A stretch of DNA of 64,000 nucleotides from an uncultured Geminicoccaceae bacterium (GTDB lineage Bacteria; Pseudomonadota; Alphaproteobacteria; Geminicoccales; Geminicoccaceae). Under the pieces are notes generated by a model. It saw only the letters and a program-made list of their open reading frames with translations, was not told the origin of the DNA and did not search any database. Position numbers and translations under genes: made by a program. Shown in pieces: positions 56,423 through 64,000 of the stretch (position 1 is its first letter; each line of letters opens with the position of its first letter). The stretch is from contig CAZGUW010000001.1 of assembly GCA_964528705.1 (NCBI GenBank), forward strand, positions 2,429-66,428, read 5' to 3'.

Positions 56423-57973
56423 GCCGGACGGCAGCTCGATCACCTGCCCTGTCTCGACCAGCAGCGCCTGCAGCTCGTCCATGGGCACGGCCCGCGGCGC
56501 GCAGCCCCGCCTGATCGCCAGATGCGCCGCCGTGCCGGCCGCCTGGCCGAGCGCCATCCAGGTCGGCTCCATCCGGATCGTCGAGAACGCCAGATGCGTG
56601 GCGGACGCCGCCACCGGCACGACGATCCCGTCCAGCTTCTCCGGGATCATGATCCGGTAGGGGATCTGGTAGGGCCGCGTGAACGCTTCGAGCATGCCGA
56701 GATAGCCCTCGAGCACGACGGTGTCGCCCCGCTGGCGCTTCTGCACCGGAAAACTGTCGATGGGAAAGGCGCCGACGGCCACCGCATCCGCGTGCCGGCG
56801 GGAATAGCCGGGCGTGCCCGTGGCCGCCACGTCGTGCTCGGTCAGCGTGTAGCAGCCCTTGAGCCTGCGCCCCTCGCGCACGTAGAGCTGGAACGGGAAA
56901 TGGCCGTTGTCGGTGAACTCGTCCTTCGGCAGGTGATAGCCCAGCGCCAGTTCGCGATGCGCTGTCGAGATCGCCGGGTCGTTCTGGATGAACCAGAGGA
57001 GCCCTGTCGCCAGCTGGCGATGCCGGAGCGCTATCGCCTCCCGCCTCTGCCAGCCCGCCTCGAGATAGCCCGCGTTCTCCTCCGGGAAGGGAAAGGCGAG
57101 TGGCCGGGGGTTGATGTTGACGTCCGTCTTGCCGTTCGGAATGTCGGTTACCGAAAGGGCCCGGAGCGGCGTGTCGAAATGCGCCGGATAGTAGCCGCGC
57201 CCCTCGACCATGCGTGCCGGCCCGCCGAGGCGCCCGGCCTTCAGGTCGTCGAGATAGGGCAGATAGGTGCCGCGGTCGTAGCCATCCGGCGGCCCCTCGA
57301 GCGGCGCCGCGTTGGCGGAATCGGTGGCGAGGCACAGGCGATAGGTATAGGCGGGCAGCCGGTTGTCGCCTTCATGCGTGCTGCCCGGCAGGATGACCGC
57401 CCGCTGGTAATCGAAATAGATGTGCCCGGCATGCGGCTCGCCATGCACGTCCCGCCCTTCCCGGCCGACGCGGAAGGCCGCACCGGCGGCGGCGTAGAGG
57501 TCGCCCTCGTAGGTGGCGTCGACGAAGACCTCCGCCTCGAGTTCGCTCGTCTCGCCCGTCGCCCGGTCGACGAGCATCACGCCGGTCAGCCGCCCGCCCG
57601 CCACCCGTGCCCCGGCGAGGCGCGTGGTGCGCCGCACGGTAATGCCCGGCTCGGCGTCGAGCATGCGCTCGAACACGGCCTCGGCCACCGACGGCTCGTA
57701 GTAGTAGCCGTCGCGACAGAGGCGGTAGGCGTCGGAATCGGTTCCGTGCGCGCTCGCGTAGTGCTCGCGCACCAGCCCGACGAACTCCGTGAACAGACCC
57801 CGGATCAGCGCCCGGTGCTCGATGTCGCTCTTGCCGAGCCCGCTCGCCGCCATGCCGCCGACATGGGCGTGGTGCTCGACGAGGGCGACGGTGTGGCCGT
57901 GGCGGGCGGCGGCCAGGGCCGCGGCGATCCCGCCGGGCGTGGCGCCGATGACGACGACGTCGAAACGCTGCAT
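56405..57973 (-). CDS. FAD-dependent oxidoreductase (PF12831-like)
   Basis: MQRFDVVVIGATPGGIAAALAAARHGHTVALVEHHAHVGGMAASGL is the dinucleotide-binding fold. 522 aa. It is the last part of the 743-aa ORF 56405..58636, and its start lies 11 nt after the permease stop. Confidence 0.8.
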   Translation of the reverse strand: MQRFDVVVIGATPGGIAAALAAARHGHTVALVEHHAHVGGMAASGLGKSDIEHRALIRGLFTEFVGLVREHYASAHGTDSDAYRLCRDGYYYEPSVAEAVFERMLDAEPGITVRRTTRLAGARVAGGRLTGVMLVDRATGETSELEAEVFVDATYEGDLYAAAGAAFRVGREGRDVHGEPHAGHIYFDYQRAVILPGSTHEGDNRLPAYTYRLCLATDSANAAPLEGPPDGYDRGTYLPYLDDLKAGRLGGPARMVEGRGYYPAHFDTPLRALSVTDIPNGKTDVNINPRPLAFPFPEENAGYLEAGWQRREAIALRHRQLATGLLWFIQNDPAISTAHRELALGYHLPKDEFTDNGHFPFQLYVREGRRLKGCYTLTEHDVAATGTPGYSRRHADAVAVGAFPIDSFPVQKRQRGDTVVLEGYLGMLEAFTRPYQIPYRIMIPEKLDGIVVPVAASATHLAFSTIRMEPTWMALGQAAGTAAHLAIRRGCAPRAVPMDELQALLVETGQVIELPSGSGEDL

Positions 57974-57984
57974 GGGCTCTCCTA

Positions 57985-58836
57985 TCAACCTTTCGCCGGT
58001 GCCCCGGCGAAGCCGCGGAGCAGCGGCTTCTGGATGAGCCAGACGAAGATCAGGATGGGGGCGAGTTGCACCACGCTGGCGGCGAAGATGGTCCCCCAGG
58101 TGACGCCCCCCTCGCCCACCGCCCCCAGCATCTCGGCGATCTGCACCGGCGCCGTCTTGGAGTTCGTGCCGGTCAGCAGGAAGGCGAAGAGGAAGTCGTT
58201 CCAGGCGAAGAGCGCGACGAAGATGATCGAGGCGGCGATGCCCGGGAAGATCTGCGGCAGCGTCACCCGGAAGAAGGTCTGGAGCCGCGTCGCCCCGTCG
58301 AGCATCGCCGCCTCGTCGATCTCCCGCGGCACGCCGTCCAGGAAGACCTTGAGGAGCAGCACGCTCATCGAGACCTGGAAGGCGGCATAGACGAGGATCA
58401 CGGCGATCGGCGTGTCGGTGAGCCCGATGCCGGTGAAGAGCGGAAAGAGCGGGATCGTGATGATGATCGGCGGAAACATGCGCACACCGATCAGGAAGAG
58501 TGCGCTGAGCGCTACCGCCGGCCGGGCCATGCGCGAGTAGGAATAGGCGGCCGGCAGGCTGACGAGGACGACGAGCGCCGCCGCCCCCAGGGTCGCGATG
58601 ACGCTGATGCCGAGGCTGCGCCAGAAGGAGCCCCACTCGTCGATCAGGAGCCGGTAGTTGTCGAGCGTCGGCTCGAAGATCAGCGTCGGCACGTAGGTGA
58701 AGATGTCGCGCTGGTTCTTGAAGGACGAAAGGATCGCGACGAAAATCGGCCCGAAGCTCCAGAGCACGATGAGGGCGAGGACCAGTCCGGCACCTAGACG
58801 GGCGAGGCGACGGCGGGGCGAAGTGCGGCGTGCCAT
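57985..58836 (-). CDS. Carbohydrate ABC transporter permease
   Basis: MARRTSPRRRLARLGAGLVLALIVLWSFGPIFVAILSSFK, EAA loop DEAAMLDGATRLQTFFRVTLP. It is the last 283 codons of ORF 57985..60069. Confidence 0.9.
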   Translation of the reverse strand: MARRTSPRRRLARLGAGLVLALIVLWSFGPIFVAILSSFKNQRDIFTYVPTLIFEPTLDNYRLLIDEWGSFWRSLGISVIATLGAAALVVLVSLPAAYSYSRMARPAVALSALFLIGVRMFPPIIITIPLFPLFTGIGLTDTPIAVILVYAAFQVSMSVLLLKVFLDGVPREIDEAAMLDGATRLQTFFRVTLPQIFPGIAASIIFVALFAWNDFLFAFLLTGTNSKTAPVQIAEMLGAVGEGGVTWGTIFAASVVQLAPILIFVWLIQKPLLRGFAGAPAKG

Positions 58837-58847
58837 CCTCTCCTCCC

Positions 58848-59798
58848 CTATTTCGCCGCCGTCCTGGCGAAGGCGTTCCGGTACATCACGAAGATCAGGT
58901 AGGAGGACATGAGGAGCGTGATCAGCAGCATCGCCCAGGCGATCGCCGCCGCCGAGCCGAAGCGCCAGTTCTCGAAGCCCTCCTTGAACATGTAGATCGC
59001 GAGCAGCTCCGTCTGCCGGAGCGGCCCGCCCTGCGTCAGAAGCCAGACGACGCCGAAGGCCCGGATCGTGATGATCAGCCGGAAAACCAGCGCCAGGAAG
59101 AAGGCCGGGCGCAGGAGCGGAAAGGTGACGTAGCGAAACTGCTGCCAGCGCGTCGCCCCGTCCATCTCGGCCGCGTCGTACAGCTCCTTGGGGAAGGTGA
59201 TCCGCGCCGGGTAGAGGAAGAGCACCACATGCGGGATCGCCAGCCAGACCTCGACCATGATCACCGAGAGGAGCGCCACGCGAATGCCGGTCAGCCAGTG
59301 CACCCGCTCGAAGCCGAGCGACTCCAGCACGTAGTTGATGGGGCCGATATTGAGGTCGAGGAGATAGCGCCAGATCACGCTGGAGACCGAGGGGCTCACC
59401 GCCATCGGCGCCAGCACCAGGGCGATCCAGAGATAACGCGCCCTGAACGGCTGCGTCGCGAGAAAGAGGGCGATGCCGAGCCCGACCACCATCTGCAGCG
59501 TCACCGCACCGACGACGAACTTGAAGTTGACCCAGACGGCGTTCCAGAAATTCGGGTCGCCGAGGAAATACTCGAAGTTGGCAAGCCCGATGAAGCGCGT
59601 CGGCTCGCCCAGGCGGTAGTTCGTGAAGCTGATGAAGAGCGCCCAGAGCTCGGGCAGGAAGACGATGAGCAGCAGCAGGAGGAAGACCGGGCTGACGAGC
59701 AGCAGCGACCACCAGTCGTTGCGCCGCGCCGCCGCCCGGTTGCGCGCCAGCCGCGCAGCACCGGCGGCCCCCCCGGCCGTTCCGCCCTGCACCGCCAT
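58848..59798 (-). CDS. Carbohydrate ABC transporter permease
   Basis: ORF 58848..59798. YDAAEMDGATRWQQFRYVTFP, MalF-type. Confidence 0.9.
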   Translation of the reverse strand: MAVQGGTAGGAAGAARLARNRAAARRNDWWSLLLVSPVFLLLLLIVFLPELWALFISFTNYRLGEPTRFIGLANFEYFLGDPNFWNAVWVNFKFVVGAVTLQMVVGLGIALFLATQPFRARYLWIALVLAPMAVSPSVSSVIWRYLLDLNIGPINYVLESLGFERVHWLTGIRVALLSVIMVEVWLAIPHVVLFLYPARITFPKELYDAAEMDGATRWQQFRYVTFPLLRPAFFLALVFRLIITIRAFGVVWLLTQGGPLRQTELLAIYMFKEGFENWRFGSAAAIAWAMLLITLLMSSYLIFVMYRNAFARTAAK

Positions 59799-60871
59799 CA
59801 GTTGAGCCGCCGCGACGTTCCGGCGTCGAAGAGATGGACGTGGTCGAGGTCCGGCCGGAGCCCGACCGGATCGCCCGGGGCGAAGGCCAGGCGATCGGTG
59901 GAGCGCACGCAGATCTCGCCGCCGGCCGCGGCGCAGTAGAGGAAGGTCTCGAAGCCGGTCGGCTCCACCACCTCGACCTCGGCCCGTAGCCCGCCATCGG
60001 CAGGGCCGGCCCCGAGGTGCTCCGGCCGCACGCCATAGTGGATGGCCGTGCCGTCCGCCACCGCGACACCCGCCGGCAGCGGCAGGCGGTCGCCGCTCGC
60101 CAGCACCGCCTCAGGCCCGCCGTCTCCGGCCCTGACAGTGGCCTCCAGGATATTCATCGCAGGCGAGCCGATGAAGCCGGCGACGAACGGGCTCACCGGC
60201 CGGTCGTAGAGCTCGAGCGGCGCGCCGATCTGCTCGACCACGCCGGCGTTCATGACGATCACCTGGTCGGCCAGCGTCATCGCCTCGATCTGGTCGTGGG
60301 TGACGAAGACCGAGGTCACCCGGAGCCGCTGGTGGAGCTGCTTGATCTCCTTGCGCATCTGCACCCGAAGCTTGGCGTCGAGATTGGAGAGCGGCTCGTC
60401 GAAGAGGAAGACCTTGGGGCTGCGGACGATGGCCCGACCCATCGCCACCCGCTGGCGCTGGCCGCCCGAGAGCTGCCGCGGCAGGCGGTCGAGCAGCGGC
60501 AGGAGCCCGAGAATGCCGCCCGCGTGCTTCACCTTGGCCGTGATCGCCGTCAGCGGCGCCTTCGCCAGCTTCATGCTGAACGACATGTTGTCCTTGACGT
60601 CGAAGTGCGGGTAGAGCGCGTAGGACTGAAAGACCATTGCGATGTCGCGATCCTTGGGCGGCAGGTCGGTCACCTGCCTGCCGCCGATATAGATCTCGCC
60701 GTCGCTGATCTCCTCGAGGCCGCAGATCGACCGCAGCAGGGTCGTCTTGCCACAGCCCGAGGGCCCGACGAGCGCCACGAACGTGCCATCGGGAATGGAG
60801 ACGGAGACGTCGCGCAGCACCCGGACCTTGTCGAAGGCCTTGCTGACGCGCTCGATCTCGATCCCCGCCAT
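59798..60871 (-). CDS. Sugar (CUT1) ABC transporter ATP-binding protein, MalK/UgpC-like
   Basis: ORF 59798..60871. [35 protein letters not shown]. It is a paralogue of the 5668..6765 product. Its stop overlaps the next start. Confidence 0.9.
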   Translation of the reverse strand: MAGIEIERVSKAFDKVRVLRDVSVSIPDGTFVALVGPSGCGKTTLLRSICGLEEISDGEIYIGGRQVTDLPPKDRDIAMVFQSYALYPHFDVKDNMSFSMKLAKAPLTAITAKVKHAGGILGLLPLLDRLPRQLSGGQRQRVAMGRAIVRSPKVFLFDEPLSNLDAKLRVQMRKEIKQLHQRLRVTSVFVTHDQIEAMTLADQVIVMNAGVVEQIGAPLELYDRPVSPFVAGFIGSPAMNILEATVRAGDGGPEAVLASGDRLPLPAGVAVADGTAIHYGVRPEHLGAGPADGGLRAEVEVVEPTGFETFLYCAAAGGEICVRSTDRLAFAPGDPVGLRPDLDHVHLFDAGTSRRLN

Positions 60872-61148
60872 GCCGGCCGAGCCCTCCCCCGTTGTGGGCC
60901 GCCGCGGGCGGCCGGTCGTTGCTTACAGGCGGGAAAGCGGGTCAGCAATCGCCATTCGGCTTGCCCGGCGGCGAGGCAGCATGCAGGCGATTGGCAGATC
61001 AGCACGCACGATGCAGCCGCGCGACTTCATCAGCTTCACCGCCACGCATCCTCGACCAGAAAATTGCGCATCGGCATTGGCGATGGCGGCATGGCTCCGC
61101 TAGCGTTTCGGCAACCGACGGGAACCACCCCAGACAGATTGGAGGATC

Positions 61149-62153
61149 ATGCAGCTTTCGCGCTTTCCCCGCGTCCGGCTCTGCCACAGCCCTACCCCGC
61201 TGGAGCCGATGGAGCGCCTGAGCGCCCTGCTCGGTGGACCCCGTCTCTTCATCAAGCGTGACGACTGCACCGGCCTCGCCACCGGTGGCAACAAGACCCG
61301 CAAGCTGGACTTCCTGATGGGTGCCGCCTTGGCTGAGGGCGCGGATCTGGTGATCACGCAGGGTGCCGTCCAGTCCAACCACGTCCGGCAGACCGCCGCC
61401 GCCGCAGCGAAGCTCGGCCTCGACTGCCGCATCCTGCTCGAGCGGCGGGTGCCCGCCGTGGCCCCCGACTACGAGGCCACTGGCAACACCTTCCTCGATC
61501 GCCTCTTCGGTGCCGAGATCGCGTTTCGCCCGACCGGCGCCGACATGAACGCCGAATGCGAGGCCCTCGCGGCGCAAGCCCGCAGCACCGGCCGCAAGCC
61601 CTACGTCATCCCGGGCGGCGGCTCGAATCCGACCGGCGCGCTCGGCTATGTCAGTTGCGCGCTCGAGCTTCTCGGCCAAGCCAACGAGATGGGGCTGAGG
61701 ATCGACCGCCTGGTCCACGCCACCGGCAGCGCCGGCACCCAGGCCGGCCTGCTCGTCGGACTCGAAGGCTGCAACGCCGGCATTCCCGTGCTGGGCATCA
61801 GCGTGCGCGCACCCCGGGACCGCCAGGAAGAATCCGTGCATCGGCTGGCAATGGCCACGGCCGACCTGCTCGGCCTCGGGCAAGGCGTGGCCCGCGACAG
61901 GGTGGTTGCCGACGACGGCTATGTCGGGCCGGGCTACGGCCAGCCGACCGACGCCATGGTGGAAGCCATCGACCTGACCGCCCGCCACGAGGGGATTCTC
62001 CTGGACCCGGTCTATTCCGGCAAGGCCATGGCCGGGCTGATCGGTCTGATCCGGCAGGGCGCCTTCGCGCATGACGAGAACATCGTCTTCCTGCACACCG
62101 GCGGTGCTGTCGCCCTGTTCGCGTACCAGGATCTGTTCCGGCAGACGGCCTGA
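61149..62153 (+). CDS. dcyD: D-cysteine desulfhydrase-like PLP enzyme (ACC deaminase/DcyD family)
   Basis: ORF 61149..62153. [24 protein letters not shown] (PLP lysine), and [15 protein letters not shown], which closely parallels E. coli DcyD (PVYTGK) and not ACC deaminase (PVYEGK). Confidence 0.75.
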   Translation: MQLSRFPRVRLCHSPTPLEPMERLSALLGGPRLFIKRDDCTGLATGGNKTRKLDFLMGAALAEGADLVITQGAVQSNHVRQTAAAAAKLGLDCRILLERRVPAVAPDYEATGNTFLDRLFGAEIAFRPTGADMNAECEALAAQARSTGRKPYVIPGGGSNPTGALGYVSCALELLGQANEMGLRIDRLVHATGSAGTQAGLLVGLEGCNAGIPVLGISVRAPRDRQEESVHRLAMATADLLGLGQGVARDRVVADDGYVGPGYGQPTDAMVEAIDLTARHEGILLDPVYSGKAMAGLIGLIRQGAFAHDENIVFLHTGGAVALFAYQDLFRQTA

Positions 62154-62174
62154 TTCTGGCCGCCGGCTGGCCTT

Positions 62175-62693
62175 TCAATCAGGCGGTGTCGGGCTTCCTG
62201 CAGGGGGTCGGGACCCGACAGGCGTAGCGGACGCCGGCGCCCTGAGCTTCCGCGACCAGCGCATCACATGCTGCCCGACGGCCACCAGTTCGTCCCGCTG
62301 GTTGGTGACCTCGATCCGGGCGATGCTCCGGCCGCCTTCCCTGTCCACCGTCTCGACCACGTAGTGCACGGTGACCGTGTCGCCGAGCATGACCGGCTGC
62401 AGGAAGCGTATCCGGTCATAGCCGGCCGAAACCGGGAAATCCGTCAGCTCGTCGTCATGGATCACATGGGCGATGCTCATGGTCGACGCGTTGGACATGT
62501 AGCCGATGAGCAGGGCGCCATGCGCGATCCGGCCGCCGAGGTTCGAGCGCTCGCGCATGTACTGCTCGTTGACATGCGTCTCGCTGAAGTCCCCGGTCAG
62601 CCCGGCGAAGAGCATGACGTCGCTCTCGCCCACGGTCCTGGCAAAGCTGTAGCGATCGCCCACCCGCACCACGTCCAGCCCCGACTTGCCCAA
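62175..62693 (-). CDS. MaoC-family (hot-dog fold) dehydratase
   Basis: ORF 62175..62693. FAGLTGDFSETHVNEQYMRERSNLGGRIAHGALL is the hydratase 2 motif region. Confidence 0.8.
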   Translation of the reverse strand: MGKSGLDVVRVGDRYSFARTVGESDVMLFAGLTGDFSETHVNEQYMRERSNLGGRIAHGALLIGYMSNASTMSIAHVIHDDELTDFPVSAGYDRIRFLQPVMLGDTVTVHYVVETVDREGGRSIARIEVTNQRDELVAVGQHVMRWSRKLRAPASATPVGSRPPAGSPTPPD

Positions 62694-62797
62694 GCCTCCC
62701 CTCCCTCTCGGTTCCCGCCGGCGGCTTGCCCACCACCTGCCCGGCGGGCATGATCCGGCCGCCAGCGATGGTACAGCCTTCAGGAGGGTACGGCCGC

Positions 62798-63406
62798 ATG
62801 CAAGAGAACAGGGTGCTCATCATCGTCGGCGACGCCAGCGAGACGGTCGACACGCTCTATCCCTATTATCGCCTGCAGGAAGCCGGCATGACGCCGGTGG
62901 TGGCCGGGCCGGAGAAGCGGCGCTTCCAGATGGTGCTGCACGAGATTCGCCCGGGCTGGACCATCACCCGCGAATGGGAAGGCTACCAGATCGAGGCCGA
63001 GGTCACCTTCGCCGAGATCGACCCCAACGACTATGTCGGCATCTTCTTCTCGGGCGGCCGGGCACCCGAATACATTCGTGACGATCCGGACCTGATCCGC
63101 ATCACCCGCCACTTCTTCACCGCGAACAAGCCGATCGCCAGCGTCTGCCACGGCGTCGAGATCCCGGCCCGCGCCGACTGCGTCCGCGGGCGTCGCATGG
63201 CGACGGTGGCGAAATGCCGGTTCGACCTCGAGGTCTGCGGCGGCATCTACGTCAACGAGCCCTGCGTGGTTGACGGCAACCTCGTATCCGGCCGCACCTT
63301 CCACGATCACGGCCACTATATGGGCGCCTGGATCAGGCTGCTCGAGGAGCATGTCGCAGCCCGCCGGCCCAGGGTCGGATCGAACGTCGTCACGCTGCAG
63401 ACCTGA
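62798..63406 (+). CDS. DJ-1/PfpI family protein
   Basis: VLIIVGDASETVDTLYPYYRL, nucleophile elbow KPIASVCHGVEI. GGAGGG lies upstream of ATG 62798, inside ORF 62726..63406. Confidence 0.85.
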   Translation: MQENRVLIIVGDASETVDTLYPYYRLQEAGMTPVVAGPEKRRFQMVLHEIRPGWTITREWEGYQIEAEVTFAEIDPNDYVGIFFSGGRAPEYIRDDPDLIRITRHFFTANKPIASVCHGVEIPARADCVRGRRMATVAKCRFDLEVCGGIYVNEPCVVDGNLVSGRTFHDHGHYMGAWIRLLEEHVAARRPRVGSNVVTLQT

Positions 63407-63422
63407 CGGGCCCGGCACCTCC

Positions 63423-64000
63423 ATGACCGCACGCACGGCCATCGTCACCGGCGGCAGGCGCGGCCTTGGCCGCGCGATCTCGGTCGAGCTGGCGCGGAGC
63501 GGCTTCGACGTGGCCATCGCCGACCTCGCCCGCGACGCCGACGCCGACGATACCGTCGCCGCCGTCGAGGCGGCCGGCCGGCAGGCGCGCTTCGTCGCGG
63601 TCGACATCGCCGATCTCGAGGCGCACGAGCGGGTCCTCGACGCGGCGGCGGAGCTGCCGGGAACGCTCGCCACCCTCGTCAACAATGCCGGCGTCTCGTC
63701 CATGGTCCGGGGTGACATGCTGGAGCTCTCGGTCGAGAGCTTCGACCGCTCCATCGGCGTCAACCTGCGCGCCGCCTTCTTCCTGACCCAGCTTTTCGCG
63801 AAACGGCTCGCCCCGGCGGGCGACTCCGCCCCGTTCCGCAGCATCGTCAACATCACCTCGGTCAACGCCGCCGAGGTGCTCGCCCCCACCCGCGCCGACT
63901 ACGGCATGAGCAAGGCCGGCCTGTCGATGATGAGCCGCCTCTTCGCGCTGCGCCTCGCCGAGCTCGGCATCAATGTCTACGAGGTCCGGCCCGGCATCAT
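63423..64000 (+). CDS. SDR-family oxidoreductase (3' end beyond the window)
   Basis: Not in the ORF track because there is no stop inside the window. My translation from ATG 63423 gives MTARTAIVTGGRRGLGRAIS...LVNNAGV...YGMSKAGL, i.e. the TGxxxGxG, NNAG and YxxxK motifs. Confidence 0.85.
   Translation, partial: MTARTAIVTGGRRGLGRAISVELARSGFDVAIADLARDADADDTVAAVEAAGRQARFVAVDIADLEAHERVLDAAAELPGTLATLVNNAGVSSMVRGDMLELSVESFDRSIGVNLRAAFFLTQLFAKRLAPAGDSAPFRSIVNITSVNAAEVLAPTRADYGMSKAGLSMMSRLFALRLAELGINVYEVRPGI

Noticed and set aside
61149-62153. Annotation as 1-aminocyclopropane-1-carboxylate deaminase (acdS).
   Set aside because: The diagnostic PVYEGK Glu is replaced (PVYSGK), and the flanking sequence tracks E. 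coli DcyD closely, so the call is DcyD-like instead.

Overview
This is a gene-dense chromosomal segment with visibly high GC (about two-thirds G+C by eye, not computed). Gene content points to an alphaproteobacterium: an Alph_Pro_TM/TIGR02186 protein, a GGAAC-N16-CGTT EcfG-type promoter, a Trx-TPR/LON-N/Trm112/DUF971 gene string, and a cyclase-TPR protein. I call about 60 protein genes, one tRNA-Gly(GCC) and a few regulatory elements.

Content, left to right:
- YeeE-like transporter, Alph_Pro_TM and Usp.
- pcm, cspA, infA, ychF.
- CUT1 sugar ABC importer no. 1, with a divergent Cys-type sulfatase.
- nth, DUF2244, DUF4332.
- BBE-type FAD oxidase, XRE-cupin regulator and GNAT operon.
- rnk, isochorismatase-like hydrolase, methyltransferase, YbaN, DUF924.
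- Adenylate cyclase-TPR.
- DUF3015, DUF4105 and lipoprotein hydrolase envelope module.
- Persulfide dioxygenase-rhodanese fusion, DUF599, LLM oxidoreductase, GT4.
- Hook-less SMC-like ATPase plus metallophosphoesterase (SbcEF/YhaNO-like).
- DUF971, Trm112, LON-N and Trx-TPR.
- tRNA-Gly.
- OMF-MFP-RND efflux operon.
- CUT1 importer no. 2 (no ATPase gene) with a long class II aldolase, DeoR and a PfkB kinase.
- NhaC, methyltransferase, SYLF lipoprotein.
- A regulator-less catabolic cluster from 52 to 64 kb: class III aminotransferase, CUT1 importer no. 3, two FAD enzymes, DcyD-like, MaoC, DJ-1 and SDR.

I found no transposase, integrase, phage gene, reverse transcriptase, CRISPR array or recognisable toxin-antitoxin or defence cassette, and no obvious compositional break. 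The window therefore reads as core/metabolic chromosome rather than a mobile island.

Nothing here can honestly be declared a new system from sequence alone. The best leads are:
1. The DUF3015 / DUF4105-beta-barrel / lipoprotein hydrolase envelope module.
2. The hook-less ATPase plus variant-motif metallophosphoesterase pair.
3. The two orphan sugar-type catabolic loci of unknown substrate.
4. A near-consensus EcfG (general stress) promoter.
5. An XRE-cupin regulator with no canonical start codon, sitting behind a perfect 13-bp-arm palindrome.

All family assignments come from motif recognition by eye, not database searches.
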